Virus record (IMG/VR): IMGVR_UViG_3300032214_001346
Location: 1 to 64,000 of that record
DNA: 64,000 nucleotides
Reading direction: 5' to 3' (one strand)
From: a virus
The notes under the pieces were generated by a model. It worked only from the letters and a program-made list of their open reading frames with translations. It made no database searches and was not told the origin of the DNA. Within the stretch, counting starts at the first letter, position 1, and every line of letters starts with the position of its first letter. Position numbers and translations under genes: made by a program. Below, piece by piece: positions 30,433-39,950 of this stretch.

Positions 30433-31530
30433 GTGATGGACTTAGTAAAAAGAAGACAGGTATTGATCAATTTGATCTCCCGCGTCGGGAGAGGACAACA
30501 AAACATCTACCGCTGGGTAGATGAGTTAATCAGTATTGACGCTCAGATTGAGCAACAGGAACAGGTACAAGAGGAGACAAAAAAAGTGACAACAGAATTA
30601 AAATTAGCGGTAGGGATGCAAATAGTTCACCCTCGCTGGGGCGAAGGAATTATATTTGCCGTAATGGGCAAAATGGTTTCAGTGGATTTCCCAGGAATGG
30701 GAAGAAAGCTGGTATCTGATACTTCAGATTTAAAAGCTGTTGACAAACAATCTAAACAGAACAAGCCACAACAACAGTCGCAAGTACAATCACAAGCACC
30801 AATTAAGTCACAACCCAAGATTGATACAAGTATAGAAGTCGCTAAACAGCAACTTCTAGCACTTGGTGTACTGGAAGAGTCTATTTCAATCCAGGACGGA
30901 CTTGTAGTGGTCCTAGGTGCTGATTGTAAACAGCATGAAGGAAAGTTTTTCTATTGGGACAAAACAGTGTTCCCTACTGAACACGATAAGGGTTATAAAA
31001 AAGATGCAGGCAATGTCCGCATCAATCCAGCACAGATTAAAAACTCCCAGAGAAAAGCCTGGGAAAACTATAAAATTGAGCAGGGCAAAAAACCTGCTCA
31101 ACCATTTGAAAAGTGGTTAAGTGGGAGGTTAACTAACCTCCCCAAACTAGTTATTAATAAAATTGATGCTGAACCTGCATCAATTTGGATCAAAGAAGAT
31201 ATAAACAAATACGTTCTGTTTATTAACAGAACGTCACGCCACGTTCAAGAACTATGTGCTGCTATTCGGCATGAAATGAATGGCACGGATAGTCAAGATG
31301 GGAAGTTTATGGTCTTCCTGGACAACCAGGAAGAAATTACCCTCGCCTCAAAAGGGAGCGAAGGATGGAAATTGAGTACTCATGTCACCCTAATGAAAAA
31401 AGAGGGTGACACCAAGAAGGAGTTTTACGTAAAAGATGAGGTTTTTGCACCCATCATGGAAAAGTTAAATGTAGCTGCTGAAAAATGCGGTGATTCTTTT
31501 AAGATGCCATTTGGGCTTCGCGTAATGTAA
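30433..31530 (+). CDS. Hypothetical early protein with Tudor/KOW-like domain
   Basis: VG.QIVHPRWGEG.I......VSVDF, as in the UvrD C-terminal Tudor-like domain. Confidence 0.55.
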   Translation: MMDLVKRRQVLINLISRVGRGQQNIYRWVDELISIDAQIEQQEQVQEETKKVTTELKLAVGMQIVHPRWGEGIIFAVMGKMVSVDFPGMGRKLVSDTSDLKAVDKQSKQNKPQQQSQVQSQAPIKSQPKIDTSIEVAKQQLLALGVLEESISIQDGLVVVLGADCKQHEGKFFYWDKTVFPTEHDKGYKKDAGNVRINPAQIKNSQRKAWENYKIEQGKKPAQPFEKWLSGRLTNLPKLVINKIDAEPASIWIKEDINKYVLFINRTSRHVQELCAAIRHEMNGTDSQDGKFMVFLDNQEEITLASKGSEGWKLSTHVTLMKKEGDTKKEFYVKDEVFAPIMEKLNVAAEKCGDSFKMPFGLRVM

Positions 31531-31602
31531 TATCTCACTAAAGTAAGTTGTATTGCGACCTAAGCACGTCGGTAAACTGCTGTTGTAAATAAGGAGCAAA
31601 AA

Positions 31603-32646
31603 ATGGAAACAACAATGATAGTAGCGGAAGTAGATGATGAGTATCAGGGTTGTCAAGGAAAAATCATTTTCATGGCAAATACTTACTATGCAAAATTAAA
31701 AAACTACACTTTGGAGCTACAAGTACAAAAAGTTTTGTTTCTACCTAGCTGGGTTGAGATTGTCACACCGTTCAAAGCTGAAATTGAAAATGAGTTTGGC
31801 ACTAATGCTAATTCGGTATGCAATGCCGTTAGCTCGGTTTTAAAAGGTATAGAAAGACGTGTGAACGCAGAAGCGAATCAATTCCCAGATGGTATGCTAA
31901 TTCAGCAATATCAACTTTTTTGCAAGTCTGTTAAATCCTTGATGAGCGAGTATAGTAAATCTAAGCGTGTAGAAGGACAAAAGAAATTAAATTTGAGACA
32001 GCAAAATACAATTGATGTTGAGGTCGCTTCGTTGCTTTTGTGGTCAAAAGCTAAGTTGCAAAACTTACCACGACTAGGTAAAGACTGGACTGAAGTAGCG
32101 ATCGCGCTGATGACCCTTACAGGTCGAAGGCAGTCTGAAATTATGTGTAGTGGTAGCTTTGAATACCTTGATAATAACTGGGTTATGTTTAGTGGACAAC
32201 TCAAAAAACATAGTTTAGAAAGTGCCGAAAGCTACAAAATTCCCATTTTAATGGGCGCTGCTAGAGAAGTAGTTGAAGGACTTAGGTGGCTGTCAGACTC
32301 GCGTAAGCGAGTACAGATTATAGATGGTGATGTTAGTGCTGCTGCTAAAAAGGCTCATGATATGTACAGCAGTTATCTAAGCGCGAGCGTCAAGGATGTG
32401 TTAGGTGCTTATGTAAAGACTGATGATAACTGGGTTCACGAAGGAAAAGATCGGAAAAAATGTCTTCTCTTGAGACAAATATACGGTCAAGTCGTCTATC
32501 CTTTGTTTTTTAGGGATAGTAGGCAAAAAATAAACCAAGCGTTAAATCAAATTATGGGACATAACAATAGCTTAGAAGCGGGTAGGAGCAGTGTCACCTG
32601 TTATGACGCAGATGTCGTAGTGATTGACATTGATAAATGTAAATAG
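31603..32646 (+). CDS. Protelomerase / telomere resolvase family tyrosine recombinase
   Basis: LTGRRQSEI...G.F......MFSGQLKK...IP.L...LRQIY...IMGH...Y aligns by eye with TelN SGRRMIEI...FSGQAKK...SRAIY...ILGH...Y. Confidence 0.8.
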   Translation: METTMIVAEVDDEYQGCQGKIIFMANTYYAKLKNYTLELQVQKVLFLPSWVEIVTPFKAEIENEFGTNANSVCNAVSSVLKGIERRVNAEANQFPDGMLIQQYQLFCKSVKSLMSEYSKSKRVEGQKKLNLRQQNTIDVEVASLLLWSKAKLQNLPRLGKDWTEVAIALMTLTGRRQSEIMCSGSFEYLDNNWVMFSGQLKKHSLESAESYKIPILMGAAREVVEGLRWLSDSRKRVQIIDGDVSAAAKKAHDMYSSYLSASVKDVLGAYVKTDDNWVHEGKDRKKCLLLRQIYGQVVYPLFFRDSRQKINQALNQIMGHNNSLEAGRSSVTCYDADVVVIDIDKCK

Positions 32647-32708
32647 TTAGCTTTGCGACTTAAGTACGTCATTAAACTGCTGTTGTAAATACTGAAGAGC
32701 AAAATAAA

Positions 32709-33023
32709 ATGGAAACAACAATGACAGTAGATGGTTACAACTATACTTTAGTTGAATACGCTTACACAACAAACCAAGGAGACTTGGTTGGTTATTCCAA
32801 GTCCCATGACATTAAATTTGCTGGGGAAATTAAAGAAATACCTGATGATTGTGAGTGGCTGACACCACTCACTCCAGTTAAACGCGCCCCTCTGGGCGAC
32901 ACCTTCGTAATGGAAGATGGGGTGGATACTTATTCCAGACATTTCTTAGAGGAACAATTAAAAGAAGAAGAAAGTCTCAAAAGGCGTAGGATAAAGCCGG
33001 GCTGGCAGCCTTTTACCTTTTAG
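32709..33023 (+). CDS. Hypothetical protein; starts METTM like the protelomerase
   Basis: ORF behind a duplicated leader. Confidence 0.6.
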   Translation: METTMTVDGYNYTLVEYAYTTNQGDLVGYSKSHDIKFAGEIKEIPDDCEWLTPLTPVKRAPLGDTFVMEDGVDTYSRHFLEEQLKEEESLKRRRIKPGWQPFTF

Positions 33024-33028
33024 CGTCA

Positions 33029-33092
33029 TCCCACCTGATGATGGGCGGCTGGCTACCGCCCGAAACTACCACCCCGGTAGTAGTGGGAAGCC
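33029..33092 (+). ncRNA. Type I hammerhead ribozyme
   Basis: Stem I UCCCAC/GUGGGA; core CUGAUGA(U); stem II GGGCGG/CCGCCC; GAA; stem III ACUACC/GGUAGU; GUA cleavage triplet (cut after 33082); loop II GGCU can pair with downstream AGCC. Confidence 0.85.
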
Positions 33093-33121
33093 TATTTACA
33101 TTACACCCACAGGAGACAGAC

Positions 33122-33349
33122 ATGGACGTTAAAGAATTTATTATTGCTAACTGGAAAAGCACTCAATCTCTTAACACCCTATTGGGTGTTGATTTTCCCA
33201 AAAATGACGAGTTTCACTTTGGTGAAACTCCCACAGAACAAGGAAGAATTGAAGTAAAAAACGGGAAGATTACCCGTGTCACTACATGGTCAGGTTTAAG
33301 CTGGTCAGCTAAATATGGCTACAGCAGTCCTGTTGTAGATGTCTTTTAG
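33122..33349 (+). CDS. Hypothetical protein (true start ATG 33122, MDVKEF)
   Basis: AGGAG RBS at 33111-33115; the longer ORF start falls inside the ribozyme. Confidence 0.6.
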   Translation: MDVKEFIIANWKSTQSLNTLLGVDFPKNDEFHFGETPTEQGRIEVKNGKITRVTTWSGLSWSAKYGYSSPVVDVF

Positions 33350-33434
33350 TGTTATTTGCGGATCATGAAAGATCCGCACTTAAAGCTTTTGCAATTCCCT
33401 TCTTGAGGGATATTTTTTATACTTGGAGTAACAG

Positions 33435-33752
33435 ATGAAAGTTGGAGATAGTTTAATTGTTTTAGACAAATCCTGGAACAAGACAAGAGGGCAGGTATCT
33501 CAAGGAATTATTGAAAAGATAGGACGGACATACTTCTATGTTCGTGTTGATTATGATCTAATAAAAGTTCAGATAGGGGATTTCCCTATTGTCGTCCAAG
33601 AGTACAATGCTGTATTATTTGATTCACAAGAATCATACAGCAACTACATTCAACACAAAGATAATCTTAAAAAACTTCAAGTTGCAACCAGAAAACTTGA
33701 TTTGCTGACACCGGATCAAATACGTCGCATTTTAGAAATAATAGAAGAGTAG
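33435..33752 (+). CDS. Hypothetical phage protein (KOW-like)
   Basis: MKVGD...IEKIGRTYFYV. Confidence 0.55.
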   Translation: MKVGDSLIVLDKSWNKTRGQVSQGIIEKIGRTYFYVRVDYDLIKVQIGDFPIVVQEYNAVLFDSQESYSNYIQHKDNLKKLQVATRKLDLLTPDQIRRILEIIEE

Positions 33753-33754
33753 CT

Positions 33755-34423
33755 ATGAATCAATTAACACTCTTTGAAGAGCAGCTTACTGTCAGTGATG
33801 ACTTTACGAACGATGACTATGAAACACCTGACTGGTTAGCCAAAGCAATGGCTAATCTAGTCTTGCTTACAGACAGAGAGATTCTTGAACCATTTGCTGG
33901 TTCAGGTCAAATAGCTAAATACCTACCAAGCGATCGCTCAGTAGAGTGTGTAGAAATCAAGTATTCCCGATTTTTGCAAGGGAAAGAAAAAGCTAAGTTG
34001 GCTACATGGGTAAATGGTAACTTTTTTAGCGATATTTCTAAGTGTGGATGTGACCTTATCATCTCAAATCCACCTTTTTCTTTATGTGTTGAGGCGGTTG
34101 CCAAATCTTTGGAACTGCTTAATGATAGCCCCAATTCCCGTCTCTTGTTTTTGATGCCATTGGATTGGAATTGCTCTCAAGGAAGGGCTAAAGCGTGGGA
34201 ATCATTGGATGCACATATCCATCATGTCTACCCTATCGCCGACAGGATAGATTACCTGAAAGATGGTATTCCTATGAGCAAGCAACAAAAAATAGTTAAT
34301 GGTGTTCCGCAGTTCAAGAGTGGAAAGCCAGTCATGAACAGCGGTCGTCAATGTTACGATGCTGTTTTTGATATCCGTTTAAGCAAATCACGGTCAGCAT
34401 TAACACTAATTTTCAAGCCATAA
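33755..34423 (+). CDS. DNA N6-adenine methyltransferase
   Basis: YETP.W, ILEPFAGSG (SAM binding), SNPPF (catalytic). Confidence 0.85.
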   Translation: MNQLTLFEEQLTVSDDFTNDDYETPDWLAKAMANLVLLTDREILEPFAGSGQIAKYLPSDRSVECVEIKYSRFLQGKEKAKLATWVNGNFFSDISKCGCDLIISNPPFSLCVEAVAKSLELLNDSPNSRLLFLMPLDWNCSQGRAKAWESLDAHIHHVYPIADRIDYLKDGIPMSKQQKIVNGVPQFKSGKPVMNSGRQCYDAVFDIRLSKSRSALTLIFKP

Positions 34424-34438
34424 GAGGAGCATAACACA

Positions 34439-34894
34439 ATGGACACGCTGTTAATCAGCTTACACCCTCGCCACTGTCAGAACATTCTCGCAGGGAACAA
34501 GACGATAGAGCTTAGGAAAAGAAGTCCAAGGAAAAGAAGTCCAAAAGCCATTAAGCCAGTTTTTTTCCCTGGCAACAAACAAGGACTGATTCCTAAATTC
34601 AAAAAAATATTGATTTATGAGACCAAGCCGACAGCAGCAATTGTAGGATTAACCACACCCACTGAGATAATTGAACACACTTGCAGCGAGTGGCATAAAT
34701 TTACAAGCGAATTATGCTTGTCTGTAAGTGAAATAGAGGAATATCTAGGCGGATATTGTGGATGGGGAATCAAAGTAGAAAACCCCCAGCTAATTACACC
34801 AATTCCACTTTCAAAAATGCGTGATTTAAACATCACGCCACCACAAGGGTACAGATATCTAAGTGACGAATTAGTTGAGCAACTACTCGCATAA
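34439..34894 (+). CDS. ASCH/PUA domain protein
   Basis: ISLHP.....IL.G.KTIELRK, IYET.P..AIVG, PPQGYRYL. Confidence 0.85.
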   Translation: MDTLLISLHPRHCQNILAGNKTIELRKRSPRKRSPKAIKPVFFPGNKQGLIPKFKKILIYETKPTAAIVGLTTPTEIIEHTCSEWHKFTSELCLSVSEIEEYLGGYCGWGIKVENPQLITPIPLSKMRDLNITPPQGYRYLSDELVEQLLA

Positions 34895-34936
34895 TGCTAT
34901 ACTATGGTATAGTAGTACCTACGAAACACTCATATA

Positions 34937-34976
34937 AGCGATCGCCTTTTCCGTTAGGCGATCGCTATTTTTTTTG
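34937..34976 (+). terminator. Intrinsic terminator whose stem is formed by two HIP1 octamers
   Basis: AGCGATCGCCT-tttccgtt-AGGCGATCGCT followed by a T tract. Confidence 0.7.
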
Positions 34977-35286
34977 ATTGTGGAAACACCAAAACCCTTG
35001 AAAATCAGGGCTTTAATTTTCTGGTTTTAATCGTGCCAATTGCCTGTCATTGGTTTAAATCTTTGTACAGCACTAAGTTCACGTTATGGCTTTAAAAATG
35101 CCCAACAACTAGCGGCATAATCCACTTACGATAGAATGAGCATCCGGCGCAATTGTCACCGGTTTAATTGAGTTATTTTGAAGGTAAAAACTTGGTTTTT
35201 TGTCACTGGCACGATTGCTTAAGGACAAAATTCTTGAAAAAGAAAAAACCCTGTACATCAACTACAGGGTTTTGTTTTAGTATCAT

Positions 35287-35808
35287 TTAATTGAGAAGGT
35301 TTCTGATTCCTTGGGAATATCCTTTCCCTTCCCCAAGGTTTTTCAAAATTTTCCATTCCTCTTCTGACAATTTAATTTGACGAGAAGTGCCGTCAATTTT
35401 TGGCTTATTGTTGTGGGAGTTGGGGTTTTTTCCTCTCCCATCAGGTACAGGGATTTTGACCGTTAGGGTTGTTTCACTAGTCCCATTACCATTTGGTTTG
35501 TCGTAGTCGTGAGACTTCTTGACTTCCTTTTTTATCTTTATTCCCGTTGGTACATGAGTATACCAATCAGACTTTTTACAATGATTCCAAAGCTTACCGG
35601 GATTTTCGTAAGCTTCTATCATATAGATATCGTCAGCGATATCTATATCTCCTAAAGCTGTCTCAATGACATCTGGGATATCATTGTAATTTCCAGAAGC
35701 TATGCTTTTAGCATAAGAATCTGAAAGTTTATTGTAGCTTGTGTAAGCGTAATATGCTGTGTACACAAAAGTGTCATATTTTGTCATATGCTTACAATCC
35801 ATCCGCAA
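35287..35808 (-). CDS. Hypothetical protein with C-terminal RHH-like tail (start probably 35787)
   Basis: GRG.NPNS..N...QIKLSEEEW..L..LG...YSQGIR.L. Confidence 0.55.
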   Translation of the reverse strand: MRMDCKHMTKYDTFVYTAYYAYTSYNKLSDSYAKSIASGNYNDIPDVIETALGDIDIADDIYMIEAYENPGKLWNHCKKSDWYTHVPTGIKIKKEVKKSHDYDKPNGNGTSETTLTVKIPVPDGRGKNPNSHNNKPKIDGTSRQIKLSEEEWKILKNLGEGKGYSQGIRNLLN

Positions 35809-36266
35809 ATAGCATTGCTGTATTTATGTCCTTCAACATCAACTGAAGGAATTTGACCAACTTTGAACTTAAATTCAATTGGCTCTTGGGAGTTTGCTCT
35901 TGCAGTAAACTCAATTATTGCCCCTACAGGCAATTCATACTCAGAAATACACCACTTTCCGTGGTTGCCTCTATTGCCAACTAATTCCCATTCTGGTTTA
36001 GAAAGTGGTTTTAAAACTTCGTAAATTGGCTTGCCATTAACTGTAACCATGGCACTGCGCCAGTTAGTCGTGTGAGATTCACGCCCGGTTTTTACTTGAA
36101 CTTTCATTGGTTGTGGTTGTGGTGTTACTTGTGTCATTGCCTCTAATTTTGCTTCTAATACACACAGTCGGTCAACGAATGAGCGCAAGCCATTCTTTAT
36201 AGCTCGCAAACAGGCTTGAATTTGTCCTTTGATGGTACGAATTTTAAAAGAGATGGTAGCAGTCAT
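35784..36266 (-). CDS. Hypothetical early protein
   Basis: First gene behind a TTGACA-17-TATTAT promoter (36298-36326). Confidence 0.6.
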   Translation of the reverse strand: MTATISFKIRTIKGQIQACLRAIKNGLRSFVDRLCVLEAKLEAMTQVTPQPQPMKVQVKTGRESHTTNWRSAMVTVNGKPIYEVLKPLSKPEWELVGNRGNHGKWCISEYELPVGAIIEFTARANSQEPIEFKFKVGQIPSVDVEGHKYSNAICGWIVSI

Positions 36267-36422
36267 TTCTTTAACCCCTGTATTTGTTCATGTTTCTATA
36301 ATAGGGGATAAAGAAAATAATGTCAATACAGAAATTAAAATAATTTTAAGATACAGGATAATTAAAAGCACGCAAGTAAATACAAAAATCCCCAATCCTT
36401 GATAGAAGAACTGGGGATTTAA

Positions 36423-36884
36423 TCAACCTACTTCATCTGGTATGTATTTATCGTTGTATGTTTGAATTATTTGACAATATCTAAGCGCACTTTGAGGGCT
36501 ATATTCATAGATACTTTTTGCTTGTTTAATTTGACCGGGTAGCATATCAGGGAACTGAATTAAAATGTCAAGTATTGGTAGCTTAACTTTCTCTTTTTTC
36601 AGCATCAAGCTAAGTCTTTTTTCAACATCTTCTCTGGTTCTTTTAAGCGCAATTCCGACTTGTGCAATGTGGCTGTTTTCAATTTCTTTCATTAAAGTTC
36701 TGTCTTCTTCAGTAGTCCATTTTCTTGGTGTAGTTAATTCTCTTTTTGGAACTACAATATTAATATGTCCCTCCACAATTCTTCTTCTGTAATACCGGAC
36801 TTTCTTTAATTCAATTCCCAGTATCTTGGCAGCTTTGGGGCATTTTTCACGTGCTATAATTTCTAATTGTTCTTTGCCGATCAT
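36423..36884 (-). CDS. Myb/SANT-like HTH protein
   Basis: RKWTTEEDRTL.......IAQVG.AL.RT...V..R. Confidence 0.55.
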   Translation of the reverse strand: MIGKEQLEIIAREKCPKAAKILGIELKKVRYYRRRIVEGHINIVVPKRELTTPRKWTTEEDRTLMKEIENSHIAQVGIALKRTREDVEKRLSLMLKKEKVKLPILDILIQFPDMLPGQIKQAKSIYEYSPQSALRYCQIIQTYNDKYIPDEVG

Positions 36885-36889
36885 GATAG

Positions 36890-37459
36890 TTACTGATGTT
36901 CAATATTTGTCTCGCTGTAGTAGCTATTGAGAATTTTAAATAGTTCTAATAGCGCGTCTCCTGATAATTGTTCTTGCCGACTTAAGTGTAAGATTGTCTT
37001 AAATGAATTGGTTTCTAGCTCACTTAAACTGAGGATAACTGGATATTGAGTCTTGAGGATTAAGACATTATTCTTAACATCAAATTTCCAGAATGTAGAT
37101 ACATTAATTAGTATTTCATTCTGATTGAATTTGAGGATGTCACGATTAAAAACGACTGCTTCTTTAATGTTGTGACAAACATTAAAGGTGTTGTCTATTT
37201 CACCACCCATTACTGAATCCAAAACAGAAATTAAGTTTGAGCGGGTAACTTTAACTTTGTGTTTTTGTCCTATCAATCCATAGAGTTCTCTGGATACAGA
37301 GCCAACATAACCATCGTCGTAACTTAACTTTTCCGCTATTTCTATGTAAGTCTTTCCGTCGCAAAGAAGGCTCACGATGTCTCTCTCTATAGTGCTAAGA
37401 GATTTGTGTCGTATATTCTCAGAAAGGGCATTAATGTAATTGATATATTTCATGATCAA
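36890..37459 (-). CDS. LuxR-like HTH protein similar to the N-terminus of cyanobacterial NB-ARC proteins
   Basis: LS.IE..IV....DGKTY.EIA..L.Y..GYV.....ELY......KVTRSN. Confidence 0.65.
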   Translation of the reverse strand: MIMKYINYINALSENIRHKSLSTIERDIVSLLCDGKTYIEIAEKLSYDDGYVGSVSRELYGLIGQKHKVKVTRSNLISVLDSVMGGEIDNTFNVCHNIKEAVVFNRDILKFNQNEILINVSTFWKFDVKNNVLILKTQYPVILSLSELETNSFKTILHLSRQEQLSGDALLELFKILNSYYSETNIEHQ

Positions 37460-37629
37460 AGTTGTTAAAAAAGCAACAAAAAAGAGGTTTTTGTTGCTAA
37501 TGGTGACAAACCTGTTAACTTTATTCGAGATTTTATTAGCTTAACTTTTATTTATTAAAATGTCAATTATTCAATTGGCAACAATAAAAATATCTGCAAT
37601 AATAATTAGTAGTTTCAAGGATTAATATT

Positions 37630-37809
37630 ATGGCTGAATTATCAATTGATCAGCAGTTTCAGTTAGCTGCTTTTGAACTTCAAGTAAAGCAAATGTCGCG
37701 GGAACAAGCACAAGAATTTCTGATTAATTTGTTCAAGCAATATCAAACTCAAAGGGCAGCTTACATTGAACTTCTGGGACATCAGTGGGGCATAAGCTAT
37801 ATCCCATAA
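37630..37809 (+). CDS. nblA: Phycobilisome degradation adaptor NblA (59 aa, not in ORF track)
   Basis: MAELSIDQQFQLAAFELQVKQMSREQAQEFLINLFKQYQTQRAAYIELLGHQWG matches the NblA pattern ELS.EQQF....F..QV..MS.EQA.EFL..L......LL.HQWG. Confidence 0.92.
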   Translation: MAELSIDQQFQLAAFELQVKQMSREQAQEFLINLFKQYQTQRAAYIELLGHQWGISYIP

Positions 37810-37869
37810 TTGGTTTTTAGTCCCACTGTTTGCTGTTATATTTTTTGTGGGACTAATTTATGTGTTTAT

Positions 37870-38136
37870 ATGCTTTACGTAATTGAATCTAGTAACAACT
37901 TATATAAGATTGGCATCTCTAATAATCCGATTAAACGACTTAACCAATTGCAAGTAGGTAATGGTGAAAAGTTAAAGATGGTTGCCATGCTGAATGTACA
38001 GAATGAAAAAATTACTGAGAAAAGAATACACTCAATGCTATGGCAGAATAAAAGTATTTTTGGTAGAAATAATGAATGGTTTAATTTAAATAATGAGCTA
38101 TTAAATTGGTTATTGGAATACTTACAGACTTGTTAA
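37870..38136 (+). CDS. GIY-YIG (T5orf172-type) nuclease domain protein; likely ATG 37870
   Basis: YVI.....YKIGIS.NP.KRL.QLQ.GN...E..IH......EWF. Confidence 0.85.
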   Translation: MLYVIESSNNLYKIGISNNPIKRLNQLQVGNGEKLKMVAMLNVQNEKITEKRIHSMLWQNKSIFGRNNEWFNLNNELLNWLLEYLQTC

Positions 38137-38249
38137 GAAATAAGGAACTACCTTCCTGTTAGTTCCTTACCAAGGATTTATCTTGAATGTACAACCAAAT
38201 TATAATATATTTTATTTAAAAAAATACCCCAATGACGGGGTATAATATT

Positions 38250-38753
38250 TTAAGCAATCTTTAAAAACGCATCCAGTGTTTTGCTAGGCACGGGCAGATG
38301 AGTGTGGAACTCTAGCCCGTGTTTTTCCGCCCATCTTCTCAGTGTCCTGATGTGAGGCGATCGCCCCACCTGATGATTTAACCACAAAGGTACATCACAG
38401 CCTTTGATACCTTCAATAACAATTTCATCACCTAAAGCCTGTCCTAATGCTGCTTTAACTCTTGGCTCATTTAAGCGAGTAATTATTTGCTTGAGGGTGA
38501 CACCAGACTTACATCCAACTGGGGGCTTATCACCTCGCTTTTGTTCCCTGCGAATATACGCCAACATCATTAACCACTGGCAATGAGTTTTGCTAATCAA
38601 TACTTCATTATCATTGGGAGTTTTGCGACCGTCGGGAACTTTGCAAATATGCTTGTATTTCCGCCAGGTGCGATCGCAGATGGGGCTACCGTATAATTTA
38701 ACGCAAACAGCCCGCACCCATAACTCAGGATACACATTACTCATAACTAGCAA
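38250..38753 (-). CDS. Hypothetical DNA-binding protein
   Basis: Two HTH-like segments (RTWRKYK; RTLRRWA). Confidence 0.45.
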   Translation of the reverse strand: MLVMSNVYPELWVRAVCVKLYGSPICDRTWRKYKHICKVPDGRKTPNDNEVLISKTHCQWLMMLAYIRREQKRGDKPPVGCKSGVTLKQIITRLNEPRVKAALGQALGDEIVIEGIKGCDVPLWLNHQVGRSPHIRTLRRWAEKHGLEFHTHLPVPSKTLDAFLKIA

Positions 38754-38960
38754 TCCTCGTTATCAATTCTTGCAATGCTCTATAGGAATAGCTCCCGCTG
38801 CGGTAATCTTTCGCTGCTTGCTCAAGTTCATCGGCTAATATTTCACTAGCAGAAATAAGTGCTAAGGCTTCTAAGACTTTTGCTAAATCATATAAGTCAA
38901 AGTCGTTGCAGTCGGACTCTAAATACTGTAAAACACTTAACAAAGGAATTTTCCACATAC

Positions 38961-39461
38961 TTACCTCCAATCGTTAGCCCAAATAAAATTAATCCCAGCG
39001 TTTTTGGCGCATTGCTCATCTTCTACCCTGTCTCCCACCATTAAAGCATCTTCCAATGGCAATGAACAGCAATCTTCAATGAACTGCATAAGCATACCTG
39101 GGGAAGGTTTACGATAATTGCGCCCTGGCTTTAAATTAACTACATTTCCGTGTGGATAGCATCTATACCCATTGCTACCGTCAAAAGTAGTACAGAAATT
39201 AATACATTGTAGTTGTGGTAATAATTGCATTGTGTACATTTGTTCTTTGATGCAGCTATTTAATGTCTTTTTACGCGCTTCTACACCTGCTTGGTTAGTC
39301 ACCCCTACAATAGTCCAGTCTGAATATCGGGTTATTGTTTCTCCTACCCCAGGTATTAATTCTTGATCGTAAGGGTCGTTAATAAATGTTGCCCCTGATT
39401 TAGTTTGCCGTACAGTGCCGTCTAAATCTAAGAATAAAATTTTACTCATTGGCTTCTCCAT
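38961..39461 (-). CDS. HAD-superfamily IIIA phosphatase (GmhB / polynucleotide 3'-phosphatase-like)
   Basis: DLDGT, VTNQAG, RKPSPGM, MVGDR.ED..A..AG. Confidence 0.9.
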   Translation of the reverse strand: MEKPMSKILFLDLDGTVRQTKSGATFINDPYDQELIPGVGETITRYSDWTIVGVTNQAGVEARKKTLNSCIKEQMYTMQLLPQLQCINFCTTFDGSNGYRCYPHGNVVNLKPGRNYRKPSPGMLMQFIEDCCSLPLEDALMVGDRVEDEQCAKNAGINFIWANDWR

Positions 39462-39819
39462 TAACTAAATTTAGTCTCTTTTGCCGTCCTACTGCTTTGT
39501 AATGCCCAAATTCTTTAATCTGGATGTCTTTCTCAGAGACTCCAAATTCTTGGGCTTTTTCTTGTTCATGCAGCTTGACTACTTGCTGTTCCTGTCTCCA
39601 AAGGGATGCGATCGCCATTTCCAGTCCTTCTCCCATGCCCACGCCGTAGCAAGCAATCACTCTTAAAAGTTTACGCTTAAGTTCAGCAGGGACTTTGGCG
39701 CGTACTTCCCGTCTAGCATCGTCCACAACTTTGCGTCCGTTAATCATGCCTCGATCAGGATGTGCTGCAATATCAGCTTGCAATTGTTCTCTTGTTTCTG
39801 GTTTTTCGCGTTTAGTCAT
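39442..39819 (-). CDS. Hypothetical RHH-like protein
   Basis: VRAKVPAELKRKL pattern. Confidence 0.45.
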   Translation of the reverse strand: MTKREKPETREQLQADIAAHPDRGMINGRKVVDDARREVRAKVPAELKRKLLRVIACYGVGMGEGLEMAIASLWRQEQQVVKLHEQEKAQEFGVSEKDIQIKEFGHYKAVGRQKRLNLVNGEANE

Positions 39820-39950
39820 TTATTCACCTAATTATTCTTCTTTCACTAATAGCACACTAATAGCGGAATATGCTATTTTTATTTTAAATCCTCCTAGAAG
39901 CTGAAACCAACTAGGAGGATATTGACCCCGTACACAGGAGCTAATAAATT

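Noticed and set aside
34980-35240. Non-coding gap with short inverted repeats (ATCGTGCCA/TGGCACGAT) as an att or tel site
   Set aside because: Repeats are short and far apart; no integrase is visible; cannot be supported from sequence alone.
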